The notes under the pieces are model-generated. The model saw only the letters and a program-made list of their open reading frames with translations, had not been told where the DNA came from and did not search any database. From Syncephalis fuscata S228 (taxonomy: Eukaryota; Fungi; Zoopagomycota): a DNA stretch of 64,000 bases. Shown here one piece after another: positions 1-12,145 of the stretch. Within the stretch, counting starts at the first letter, position 1, and each line of letters starts with the position of its first letter. The translations under genes and the position numbers were made by a program. Location: contig JAHLTZ010000002.1 in the NCBI GenBank assembly GCA_025786725.1, positions 806,001 through 870,000 of the forward strand, in the 5' to 3' direction.

Positions 1-416
1 TTCAATTAACTTACCAGTCCTTTAAATACATTCTCCACTAATGGCTGTATATGTTGCTTAAATATTTGGCCCTGAGAGGCGCGTGCATCGTAGCAGCCAT
101 CAAAGCTAAGCATAGCAGATAATGGTTAATTCACAACTGCAATAACATCAATTCACGCTTACTTGAATCGATAAATCTCGCTACGGCTGCGGAGATTTGA
201 AATCTCTACCGCGGTATTGTCAACCTTTACCGTCTCATCTTCATTCTCGTGCGCTAAAAAGGGACGTACACGACAAAGTACCTTGATCTGATGTTCGCGA
301 CTATTATGGTTGTCGCTAGTAGACGCGTTAGACGCGACACTATCGTTGCTAATAGCAGAGGAGTTGGACAGTCGGTTGTGTGAAGGTTTCTGCCCACGCT
401 TCCCAACAATAGTCAT
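1..416 (-). CDS. Kinesin motor protein, kinesin-10/KIF22-like, 5' part (continues past window start)
   Basis: Exon 416-163 ...IKVLCRVRPFL...EISNLRSRSEIYRF, GT-AG intron 162-106, exon 105-15 SFDGCY...SQGQIFKQHIQPLVENVFKGL: kinesin motor N-terminal motifs. Confidence 0.85.
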
Positions 417-1054
417 GCTGGCAGTGCAATGTTTACGTTAGTCGAGAAATCTTTGGTAATAAACACGATAACAAGACGTGTTGTAATAGTTAGTTAATAG
501 GATATGGATTTGGAGAAGAAAAGTAAATAAAGAAACAGGCGATTTTTATAAATAATAATAAACATTGATCTGTTTTCATATTCCACTTTGTTTCTATTCC
601 TTGTCTCCATCAATTGCAAAATAGACTTTTACTAGGTATGTTTAATCAAATACGTTTTTGCTTTTGCACTATTGCCGGTGGAGTAAATGATGAATAGTTT
701 TGTATCGTAATCTGTACCGTATAGCAAATAAGCTACTATATATATATTATATGTATTATATGTATATATAGTGCTTTGGCTACATGACGGATCTCAAATC
801 TTCTCTCTGATTAACTCCTACTGAGCCGTATAAAGATCAAGACTTTGTATGTTCATAGCTAACATATTGATTGACACTAGATGATAATTGATGCAAGTGA
901 ATGCCTTTATTATCTATTTGCCATAGAGAACGATTGAGCCAAATAAATGGTAGATTGTATTAGTTGTAATAGTGGCATTGGTATTAGTAGTAGATATTAG
1001 TTGTAATTATAATAAAACAATCAGCAATTGACCACAAGTGCATTAATATTTCTT

Positions 1055-1872
1055 TTATGCGCTGGCACGTGCTGTTTGCATCAGTTCTACTAGTCGCTTA
1101 GCGCCTACTAGCCAACGACCCTCTGAGTCAAAATCAGTTTGCATCAAGTCCAGATGTACTTGATTAGCTGTCGTGTAGTCTTGGCTGTTAATAGCTAATG
1201 GTTTGATGGTATTATGTGGCTATTAGCTTGCAAATGAGCAGTAAACGTGCATACTGTACTTACCATTTAGAAAAGTCGATAGTGCTGTTAATATATGGGC
1301 TTTCACTTGATTGTCTTTCAATCGCACTAACAATTCGTTCATGCGACGCTTTGTATCCTCTAGCATGCGCTTCTGCGTTGGCTGTGACAAATATGAGCAC
1401 AGATGCCGTGTTTAAGCTAGTATTTACAACTTACATTAAATACGGCAATTGCCGCAGTACATTCTTCCAAAATAGCTTGGATACTAGTGGCTAGCCCGTT
1501 TACATCGAGACTATCGCCTGTCTTTGTATTGGTGTCACTTTGTTTCTCGTCGTTGTCTGACGAAGGGAGCGTGCCTGAGCGCTTGCGTGCAGAGGCTAGT
1601 ACAGACGTTGGCACATCATTCCAGTGTCCATCCTCAGTATGATTGTAATCGCGGAAATCGCGATAATTGCCCGTCTGTGAGTACTGATATGGCGTGTCAG
1701 GCACTGTGCTGCGTCGTGGAGGGGCAGGAGGTCTATTAGCGGCATTTAGGCCGGTGAATGGCGGTGGTGGTGGCAAAGAAGGCTTCTCAGACAACAAAGC
1801 ATCATGATTAAGCGTAGATTGCACAGTAGAAGTGCTGGCGCAAGTATTAATCGTTGAAGCGTCGCCTACCAT
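1055..1872 (-). CDS. SRA1/Sec31 C-terminal-domain protein (3 exons)
   Basis: Pro-rich N-terminus, WNDVP motif; spliced C-terminus KRMLEDTKRRMNELL...DYTTANQVHLDLMQTDFDSEGRWLVGAKRLV matches the SRA1/Sec31 helical domain. Confidence 0.75.
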
Positions 1873-2067
1873 GATGTAGAGGAATAGATATAAAAGCTAG
1901 GAATGCAAGGGTGGTTTTATTTGTGAAGAGATTGAATATTTAATGATAGTGGGGAGATTTCCCCTTTTCTATTTAATTAATTTGATTCTCTATTGAACAT
2001 CGATTTTCTTGGCAATATCCTGTTTATTTGTAAAGTTCTAACTTGCTTTTTATTGTCCTAGTCAAAT

Positions 2068-2388
2068 ATGGAGAACATACAGTTGAACCATCAGATTAGT
2101 AGCAATAGTAGCCGTCTAGAAAGCTTAAAGTCTTTTGGAGTTTTCTTGGTTGGTGTAGCGGGGGGAGTTACTCTTGGTGCAATTCCAGCCATTCTGATAG
2201 GTATCGGTGTTGCACTGTCGGCTAAAGGCATGCAAAAGGTGGTTCCTAATAAAGGCGCAAAGAAGTTCTTTAGCTTTATTTATGAATGCGGCAAAGACAT
2301 AGCTATTAACGGAGCGCTTGGAGCGCTTATCAATAAAGCAGCTGGTAAAGCAGCCAATAGCGTAGCTGGAAGATTGCTGAAACGTTAG
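2068..2388 (+). CDS. Small Gly/Ala-rich hydrophobic protein (106 aa), family copy 1
   Basis: Intronless ORF with hydrophobic glycine-zipper segment GVFLVGVAGGVTLGAIPAILIGIGVAL; related decayed copies at ~3088 and ~5135. Confidence 0.55.
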   Translation: MENIQLNHQISSNSSRLESLKSFGVFLVGVAGGVTLGAIPAILIGIGVALSAKGMQKVVPNKGAKKFFSFIYECGKDIAINGALGALINKAAGKAANSVAGRLLKR

Positions 2389-3087
2389 TATTAAACAATT
2401 GGTTTAATATGCTAGAAAAATGATAGCTAACAACGAAATAACGAATGGATTTAGTGCTACGCTAATTGCTGTCTAAATAAGAAGAGAGATTGGACGGCGA
2501 ATGATGCTGTTGAAATGGGCATAAGTGTAACAAATCTTTAAAGTATAAGAAGCAAGGAATCGACTATGATCCGGAGTGTGGCTACTGTAACTAGCCTGAT
2601 GTTTTTTTATTTTATTAAACAAGAAAATAAAATAAACATCATTGATTAATATAACTTTTAACTTTTGTGAAATGCTTTTATTGAGGCAACATTGTAGTTA
2701 TTAGTAGTATTCTTACATTCCATAAAAGCCATCATTAAGTTGCTACTTAGTAAGTGCAACATAAAAGTTCTTTTTCAATAAAAATGGCAAAGTAATTGAA
2801 TAAGTTTAATAATTAATAAATAATATGAATAAATCAACAGTTAAAACGTACCTTGCCGGAAGTCACTATATTGATTTATAAATGGCACAGTATATGAGAA
2901 AGCAAATTTAAAGAGTACTTTTTATTATAATATTTTGACCTATGTGTAACACTATTAATATTCTAAGAATCACCAGTTTGATAAGGCTTACGTAAATAAA
3001 GTTGATTACATAAACTTTGTTTTCTTTTTATTTTTCATATTTTCTATTTATTATTATTGTTATTTTTATTCAAGCTCTATCATTACA

Positions 3088-3422
3088 ATGGAAAACGAAC
3101 GATCAAGCTAAAGGACTGGTAAAAATAACGGTGAATTAAAGAAGATGTTGAAAATTACTAGTAAAGTTATTGAAATAGCAGCAAGTACTTTTCTTACTCC
3201 AATTGAAGCCATTGTTGTAGGCACTGAAATTGGATTAATAGCTAGAGGGATACAAGAAATACTCGATGATGAAGAGCCAAACAATATTTTGGTACCATTG
3301 CCAACTATGGCAAAGATATAGTTATTGGAGAAGTTCGTAAAATTGCCACCAAAAAACTACCCAAAGTGGCTACTAAACAACTGGGTCAATGTGCTAGAAG
3401 GATGATAGCTAAAACGAAATAA
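3088..3422 (+). pseudogene. Decayed paralog of the 2068 Gly-rich gene (copy 2)
   Basis: ATG GAA AAC start, early TAA and a frameshift; translation AIVVGTEIGLIARGIQEIL...YGKDIVIG...KQLGQCARRMIA aligns to copy 1. Confidence 0.65.
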
Positions 3423-3639
3423 CAAACAAATCCGCAACTGTAATACTTGTTAAAAAAAGCAACAAACTTTGCTTTTGATAGTGATGGTGATAGTGATGAA
3501 TTTACTAAAATGGTGGCAATACATAAAAAACACCAAAAAGGCTTTGATTATAATCTTCTGTTATATATTATGAATAAACAAGTTTGTTTAACTACGTTGT
3601 GATATTTGTGGCAATAGTCAAAACCAAAAATAATCTAAT

Positions 3640-5075
3640 GCACTAATTTATCGATCTTGCGGTAACAATTTGAGATAAATTAAGCATATAGTTAGTTTTT
3701 GGATGGTGCGCAGAGCCGACGTTCTTGCCAATTTTTTGGCAATGATTGATTAACATTGCTGTAACGACCAACCTAATTATGCATAAGCTACATGTAAATC
3801 ACTTTCTGCCACTAATTACCAATCTATAACAAGAAACATATCATAGTTGATTGCATCCATATGCATAACTATAAGAATAGAACAAATGATGTTGCATAGC
3901 GTGGCCGAAGACACTGCTTGTATTCCATCATGTGCCAAGTTCTTCCATACTTCTGAACCAAATATACGGTACTGTTTTAGAGCGGTGTGGCAAAACACAG
4001 CTGAAAATAGTACATTAATCGGCAAATCAACTGCAAGCCAATACCAGATGAAAAAAGATGGGTAGTAGTCCATGCAACCAACTTTCTTTTCTAAAACTGT
4101 AAAGCTACAATGCATTATAATGAAAACATACGCAGACTGTGCTACTATGGATGGGGCACTAACATACAATACCCATGTTTTTCGACCAAGCACCAAATAA
4201 GCCTTTTGAAGAATTATCAAGCTGTTGCTGATTATAGTAAGTGATATGCTGAAAGCGGTAAACCATATCATCAGTCGACAGCTAATAGGAAAACCAATGC
4301 CCATTAATATGACTACTAGATTAGATATAACACCCGAAGCAGAAGGAACCAGGCAGCACCACGATATCATACTATGAGGTCGCGATAAAATCATTTTACT
4401 AGCAATAGCCAAATTACGTCCAAATAAACAAAACGCTATAACGAAAATCACAAGTTGAGTTTGTATACCAAACAGGCGAGAGCGTTGTTTGGGAATATCG
4501 CCATAAGCTTTCATGAAGAAATCAAAAATGTCTATTTCACCAAGTGGACGGAGCAAAGCACCCAGCTGTTTTACATTGCTGTTGATCCATTTAGCGTATA
4601 TCTGGCTATTATAATCAATGGTTGGCATTATAAACATACATATATATATATCAATAATAAAGTGTAAAATAATAAATATGTTGGCACAAGATATATAGAA
4701 AACACTAGTGGAACAATTGAAAAATGATTACAAATCAAAAAGTGCTCCATGGCTATCAGGATTTAAACCAATACAAGCGAATCAGCGAACTGCTGCAGTA
4801 AATCTGTTATGCATACCAAAAATCTGCGGCATAGACGGCAATACATTAAAATGAATAAAAATATGCACATTGTACTGTTTGCGGATCGTGTGATGTTATA
4901 ACTACCTATTGCGTATCGGTAGAAACAAAGGCCTTGTAAAATGAGCTAGTTAAATACGTTACAGTAGTATTAAATAAATGAAATGATTTAGCCATATAGA
5001 GTTATTTGTATTAGCTAACTCGGATATAAATATGGTCACGCATTCAACTGCTCTTCGCGTATTATATGACTGCAT
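3640..5075. repeat. Tandem segmental duplication unit A (7TM gene plus upstream region)
   Basis: Colinear similarity to 6140-7617 over CDS, intron (cctaattatgcataagctacatgtaaatca identical) and promoter. Confidence 0.85.
3643..4628 (-). CDS. Orphan 7TM / GPCR-like membrane protein, copy A (2 exons)
   Basis: ORF 3816-4637 with multiple hydrophobic helices and extracellular Cys (ISCR, VGCM); GT-AG intron ~3819-3773; last exon WLVVTAMLINHC...SIN*. Confidence 0.75.
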
Positions 5076-5134
5076 ATCTTAATAAAACATTGGTTTTACT
5101 GTATTGCTATTTTATTGTTATCTAAATTGAGTAC

Positions 5135-5410
5135 TTACCACTTAATGACAAACAGCGAATTAAAAGCAATATTATAATTTACCAAAAAATATAATATTAA
5201 ATTAATGGCAGGGGCCGCTCTTGGTACGGCTCGAGCTATTACGGCAAATATCGGAATTAAAGTAATATTTAAGGATAAAAATGTAAATAAAAATTTCAAA
5301 ATTGTTACCAATAGTGGCCAAAATATAAGTGCTGAAGGATTTGTTAAAGGAGCCGCGATAGCTAATGCCAGACAATTGGGTTAATGTTATGGAAATATAA
5401 CGCAGAAATA
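5135..5410 (+). pseudogene. Highly decayed third copy of the Gly-rich small gene
   Basis: MAGAALGTARAITANIGIKVIFKDKNVNKNFKIVTNSGQNISAEG...RQLG*C resembles copies 1 and 2; upstream gaattaaaagcaatatt matches copy 2. Confidence 0.45.
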
Positions 5411-6139
5411 AATATAATAATAAATAAGGATAGAAAGAAAAAAGGCATCGATTATGATCCAAATTGCAAAGTCTGCGCTTCATAGTTATTTGAAAGACAA
5501 GAATCATGCATCTATAAAGCCATTCATTATTATTATTTTTCACTTAAAACGTCTCAATTATAATATAATACAACTTAAACAAGACACACACACATACACA
5601 TACATATATATACCTGTTTATATTTTTGTATAATTTTATTTTTAAATTTTAAATAAACACGCCATGCTTTCATAAATGCATGTTTGAAGTTTTGAAACTA
5701 ATTAAAATGCTTTATCTTTATTCTTTATTAATCAAAAATAGTTTAATTATTTTACAAATGTCAGTATATTATAAAATTAGTAATAAGAAAAGCCAATACC
5801 AATAATTTGCACGCCAATTATAATTGCTAATCATGCTAAGCATATACATTTACAAATATCACTACAACAGTATTTATAATTTCTAATGCATCAACTATAT
5901 TACTTTTGGTAAAACAAGGAATTGTGATTGTGCTATTCTAGTACAAGCAAAAAGTAGCAACATAAACAGTAACTTAAATTAGTTTATAAACATCAATAGT
6001 ATAAAATATAGTTTACCAAAGTGGTGCTTATTGAAGTATTTATTTTAATATGATTCTCTGCGACATACTACTAAATTACTCAAGCTTATTTAGTTGAGCT
6101 ATAATATAAGCAATAATAGCTGAAAATAAAAATAATATA

Positions 6140-7617
6140 ATGCGTTAATTTATAGATTTCGCAGTAGCAATTTGAGATAAATTAAGCATATGGCTGGTTT
6201 TTGGACGATGTGCAGTACTGACATTTTTGCCAATATTTTTGCAATGATTGATTAATATTGTTGTAACAACCAACCTAATTATGCATAAGCTACATGTAAA
6301 TCAACATTTGACATCACTTACCAATCTATAGCAAGAAACATATCGTTGTTGATTTTGGTCATAGGTGTAACTATAAGCACAGAACAGAAGATGCTGCATA
6401 GCGTAGCCAAAGCCATTGTTTGTATTCCATCGCGTGCCAAGTTCTTCCATGCTTCTGACCCAAATACACGGTACTGTTTTAGGGCGATGTAACAAAATGC
6501 ACTAGAGAATAGCACGTTGATTGGCACATTGACTGAAAACCAGAACCAAATGAGGTATGAAGGATAGTAATTCATGCAGCCAACTTTTTCTTCTAAACTA
6601 GTAAAGCTGCAGTACATAATAATAAAAGCATAGGCTAGCTGTGCTATTATAGATGGGGCACTAATGTAGATTATCCATGTTTGTCGACAAAGCGCCAAAT
6701 AAACTTTTTGAAGAAGTATCAAGCTGTTGCTGATCATGGTAAGCGACATGCTAAGTGAGATGAGCCATGTCATCAGTCGACAACCAATAGGAAAACCAAT
6801 GGACATGAAAACTGCCACCAGGTTGGATACGATGCCCAAAACAGAAGGATTAAGCAGCACCACGATATCATGTTACGAGGTCGCTGTATAGTCATTTTAC
6901 TAGTGATAGCCAGATTGCGTCCAAATATACAAAACGACATAACAAACATTACAATCTCAGCTTGTACACCAGACAGCCGTGAGCGTTGTTTGGCGATGTC
7001 GCCAGAAACTTCCATGAAGAAATCAAATATATGCATTTCACCAAGTGGGTTAAGCTGAGCACCCAGCTGCCTCATATCGCTGTTTATCCATTCAGTGTAT
7101 AGCTGGCTATTATAATCAATGATCGGCATTGTGGACGAATAATATATATATATATTAATAATACAGTGTAAAATAACAAATGTGTTGGTGGACGAGATAG
7201 AAAACACTAGCGGAGCAAGTGAGCGCGTAAATGCAAATAAAAGTGTGAGTTTTGTGATCAGGTTTCAATTTATTATGAATGAATCAACAAATTACTGCAC
7301 TAAACCTGTTATGTAGACTAAAACTAGCGACACAGGCGACAATATCATTAAAATGGATATAATCATGCACATTGTACTTTTCGCAAGGCATATGGCACTT
7401 TCAATGCCAAATTAGACAAAAAAGGATTATGTGGCATTATGATCGCTTTTGCGTATCAGTAGAAATAAAGGGCTTGTAAATGAGCCATTTTAAAATATGT
7501 TACAATAACATTAAAACGGATAAACTGAATTAGCAATATAAAACTATTGATATTGGTTAGATCAAATACAAGTATAGTTACGCATTTGCCTGCCCTCTGT
7601 TTATTATATGGCTATTA
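6140..7617. repeat. Tandem segmental duplication unit B
   Basis: Diverged direct repeat of 3640-5075. Confidence 0.85.
6145..7129 (-). CDS. Orphan 7TM / GPCR-like protein, copy B (1-nt deletion at ~6850)
   Basis: ORFs 6773-7207 and 6318-6863 together align end to end with copy A; frame break at CCLI|PSVLG; same intron position. Confidence 0.7.
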
Positions 7618-8659
7618 TTTGTAAAAAACTAATTAGTAACAAAACATGGCTGATGATAGAATAGTAAAAGATATATTGATTTCAGTTTAAGGCCATATGG
7701 AACGTACCCTCAATAAAGTATATTGTAACACAAATAAATTGTTTGGTTTATTAGTCCGGCAATACTATTACGCCGTTATTGGTGCCGATGCGTAGTTAGC
7801 AGTCCAATATTTGCATAAATATCTGTCATTTATTATCCAGACTGATTTACTGTTTCATGTGCCTAAGTTTATTTCGTAAATTAAACAGCAATAAAATTAT
7901 TATTTTAGCACTGATTTAACAATATAGCTGGATTTTCAAAGTCAAAAAGTTAGTGCACTGATCTAAAAATCTAGATTAAGCACGTCAAATAATCAAATAA
8001 TAGAATATATACTGTATTATTATCAATATATGTTAAATGAAATTATTAAATACAATATGGCATTACAAATTAATTTAAATAATATAAAAAATGGAATCAG
8101 CTAGGTTATTACTCAACAATAAATGGCAAAACACAAGAAATTAGACAGCATCACGAAAATACAATAATTGTTATATTATCGTTTTATTGGAATATAATAT
8201 TGCTATTATCAAGTATAACGATGCCAACTATTTGACTCTTCCGCACTTTTAATACGTTTTCTATTGTATATCAATTACTTTTATTCATATGCACAGTGCT
8301 ATTTTAAATATAGGCAGAAATATCTATATAGCTGGTCATTTGTGATTGAATGGTAAGAAATAACATTTTTTTGCAATATTTATATGTCTCACGTTACATT
8401 TATTTTTACTTAATAATACAAATTAGTAAAAACATCTAGTGCTTGCTAATGAGAAACAAACTGTGTTAAAGTGGTACTAAATCATACAACAAAATGAACG
8501 AGACATACATGGTAATACAGTATCACGAATTAGATGACTCATGATGTATACACCGCCGCGATATGCTATATAATATGATTGGAACCAACTGTGTCATTGC
8601 TTTGTTTATTACGTCTTATTCAGGTTTATCGTAGTTAAAATTCAACTTTTATCACATCA

Positions 8660-9565
8660 ATGGCAACATACTGCAATACAAACTATGATGCTGCCGCATA
8701 TCGGACGTATCGTCCTTTGTACATGAAAGCACTGTATAATAGCATTATGCAATATCATAGAGCTGATACTGTGCAAGCTGTGGATGTTGCTACTGGCACT
8801 GGCCAGGCAGCAGTAGAGTTGGCCAATCTATTCGGCAATGTAAGGGCCACCGACCACTCGGCCACCATGCTATCGCAAGCCACGCCTGCTGCAGGAGTTA
8901 CATACGTTGAAGAGGCAGCCGAGCAGATTGGCTTGCCCGACGATAGCGTAGATTTAATCACTGTAGCATCAGCAGCACACTGGTTCAATATGGAAGCATT
9001 TCAAAAAGAAGCACTACGTATACTTAAACCCCAGGGAACACTGGCTATCTGGGGCTATAATGCACTGGTCAGCCCGTGGCATCCCGGCATAACCAAGGCA
9101 CTTTATCATTACGACGCCATAAGAATGGGGTCATACTGTGATGAAGGACGTGATAGTTTACGTAATTTTTATGCCGATGTCAAATTCCTGGATAGCTGGT
9201 CAGATTATCAACGAATTGTTTGGGATGAGGAGCGTATTGCTAAACATTGGCACGATCGAGGTGTGCCGCCCACTTCACAGCCGCTTGAAGACAACAGCGA
9301 ATTAACTGCTGCAACTGTGCCATTTATGCAGTTGCGTAGAATGCCTTTGGATGCACTGGAGGCATATCTACGCACATGGTCAGCATACAGTAATTGGAAG
9401 TCCAGTCCCAATGCGAAGACAGAGGTGGATCCCGTCGATGAGGCTATGGAGGTAATCAAACACACGCTTGAAGCAGCAGCAGCGGCGGCAGGAAAATCGG
9501 CCAACGATGCCGATAAATCAGTAGATGTAGTTTGGACGCATGCTTTACTATTGCTGCGTAAATAA
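8660..9565 (+). CDS. Class I SAM-dependent small-molecule methyltransferase (Methyltransf_11, Crg1/Tmt1-like), intronless
   Basis: YRTYRPLY, VDVATGTGQA (motif I), SVDLITVASAAHWF, RILKPQGTLAIW, YLRTWSAY. Confidence 0.9.
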   Translation: MATYCNTNYDAAAYRTYRPLYMKALYNSIMQYHRADTVQAVDVATGTGQAAVELANLFGNVRATDHSATMLSQATPAAGVTYVEEAAEQIGLPDDSVDLITVASAAHWFNMEAFQKEALRILKPQGTLAIWGYNALVSPWHPGITKALYHYDAIRMGSYCDEGRDSLRNFYADVKFLDSWSDYQRIVWDEERIAKHWHDRGVPPTSQPLEDNSELTAATVPFMQLRRMPLDALEAYLRTWSAYSNWKSSPNAKTEVDPVDEAMEVIKHTLEAAAAAAGKSANDADKSVDVVWTHALLLLRK

Positions 9566-9818
9566 GCACGATATTTGTATCGATGGACTATATATATTAA
9601 AGTTATCGCAATAAAATCCTTAATTGTTTACTTTAATTGTACAATCCATATTTAGTTTATAGGATAAAGCTTAACATTCAGTAAAAATGAATTTAATTAT
9701 TATGTAAATTATATTGTAATAAAACAATAACTATTTACATTGTAGATATTGGTTAAATGATTGTTTAATTAGTCGCAGATTTATTTTAATCATACTGCAG
9801 TTAAAGTTGGTTGTATAT

Positions 9819-10932
9819 TTATTGAGCAGTCTGGTCATTGGATTGTGGAATGAGGATATGTTTACTAAGTTCACAAAAAAGTGCTTGCTTGTTTCTCATT
9901 GTGGGATTATTCGAAGTGCCTTTTATGCATTTTGCTATAGTCTGGCGATCTTTAGGCAAAAACAGAGAGCTTAAGGATCCTGCAGTGTATCCATTAGCTA
10001 TTTTAATAAAATCGTTTCTATTGTTTGTTACTCCGGAAAAGTCTGTGCGATAAGCTCCAGTAAGTTTGAAAAATGATATGCTTTCACCATCGTTGTTAAT
10101 GCAGGCAGCTAGGTTGTACATTAGTGCTATAGGCCAAGCGATGCTATGTGGTGCACTTACAGTCCAAATTCCTATCGACATGCCAGCCTAATTCTCGCAT
10201 AGCAAGTACGACTAGTAGGTTGTTTAGTTGCTATTAAATAGTATAATAATAAATTTACTTACATTTCGTAAGTTTTTGTAACACTTTTAGGGCAACTATC
10301 TCAATCTTTTGCTCTGTTGACTCGGAAGCTTTTGGATATGGATATATCCATTTATTTCTCAAAAAATCCATTGAATTGTGATTCACGCTGTATTTCCCTA
10401 ATAGCTCTTCACCATAACCGTGTATTGTTCTCTCACATTGATATTTTGTGGCGTAACAAGTTGATATTTTCTCAATTGGAAAACTGAGAGTAGGAAGCGG
10501 GCTTATTTCTTGACCACTGTCATCTTTAATAGTCTGATCCAATAGGGTCTAAAAATTGGGTAAATTAGTTTCATTATACTGCTACAAAATAAAACATACG
10601 TCATATAGCTGTTTGATTTTTTTGTAATTAAGCATGCACGTAAGAAAAATATCATGTCCTGAAAACTTTGCAAGAGCATACTCAGAACCTCCTTCTATTC
10701 CAAGAGACTTGGTGATTTTTATGCCATGTTCATCAAATGGATTGGGCTTATTTAATTGATAGCCGTAAAAGCTTGTTACTATTATAAAGTCAGTATACGT
10801 GATTATAAGTGTTTTACTGAAGCGCAGCTCACCTGAAATTAATTGTGGTTGTGCGCTAGTATTAGAGAATAGCGAGACCAAGACTACCATAGTAGCAACT
10901 GAAGCAAAGGCAGATTTGATAACAGGTATCAT
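9819..10932 (-). CDS. Secreted protein, possibly a divergent kinase-like fold (multi-exon)
   Basis: Signal peptide MIPVIKSAFASVATMVVLVSLFSNTSA; three collinear ORFs separated by short GT-AG introns; GIKITKSLG...AKFSGHDIFLTC recalls a kinase N-lobe but no HRD/DFG is seen. Confidence 0.5.
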
Positions 10933-11477
10933 CTTGCTAAAAATTGGACCGTTTAATAAACGTAAAAGACGGATTGTTTATGAGATAAGACTGTAAAAAA
11001 TCTAGTAAAAAGGATTTCAAACGATTTTTGCGGTAAAAGAAGTAGTAGCTTGCTTTTGGTTTTTGGAGTAAATTATGGTTTATTTATACTGGGTACAATT
11101 TAGATTTGATGTTTGCAAAAATAGCACACGTGGTAATAATATAAGATTGCACTATTATTATTGTTTTAGTGAACATATATGGAACTCGGAATGGAATAAA
11201 GCATGTATTTAATTGCAAATAAGGGTATGCAATATAAGAAAATTCTAATAAAAATATTGCCTTTATTCAGTGTTCTAATATGTGGTTCAACAGTATCTTG
11301 ACAATTTGGAGCTGTCTGTGTAAACCATTGAACATTACGCTTACTTGTTTGAGTAAATTATAAAAATGCAGTACGATATGTAATTGTAGTGTGATGATTA
11401 TTAAAAATAAAAGATTGCCACTTTATGCCAATTTATTATCTCTTGCTTCCAATAATAATACCACTGTACAACTAAAT

Positions 11478-12084
11478 ATGTCGCAAACGTCGCCGTCTTC
11501 CTCAGAACAACAGGAGCAACAGCAACAACAAGAATCTGTGGAATTATCGTCAAGCCAATTGCCAATACCTGCATTTCCAATTCTACCTGATGACCGATTG
11601 AATAAATTGGCCGACACTGCGCTTAACAAGGCTGCTCGACAGCTTCAAGGAGAATTACTAGGCAGGTAAACTATACAAGCTAGCCGTCATTATAGTAACA
11701 AGCATGAAAACAATAGTGGCCTCTAATGACTATAAATTACTCGAGGATATAAATCAGCAAACGCTGACCGAATACAAGGCTATGGGCTCTAGCGTTAAAA
11801 AGATCAGCCAACAAGGACTGCCTATGCGCAATACTTGCAAGTCAATCAGCTATGCTTACTAAACAGCCATACTAACGACGATCATCGTATTAGACCAAGC
11901 TTATCGACCCGAGTTGGAGCAAATTGATGCCATTGTCCGACAAGTTGATCAGCTTGATAAAATGGCCAAACAACTGGACAGCTATACTCGGGCACTTGGT
12001 AAGCATAAGCAAGTGTTTTATATAGTTATTTATTGTTTTATAGAGCTACAGGTGCAGCAACAGTTAAATATTCAACGGCGATAG
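11478..12084 (+). CDS. BLOC1S2: BLOC-1 complex subunit 2 (4 exons, two GC-AG introns)
   Basis: Spliced product LQGELLVASNDYKLLEDINQQTLTEY...YRPELEQIDAIVRQVDQLDKMAKQLDSYTRALE matches the BLOS2 pattern. Confidence 0.85.
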
Positions 12085-12145
12085 TCATAGACATACATGT
12101 ATAATAAAACTCTTTATTAATATAAATGTATAAAAGCAAAGCAAA

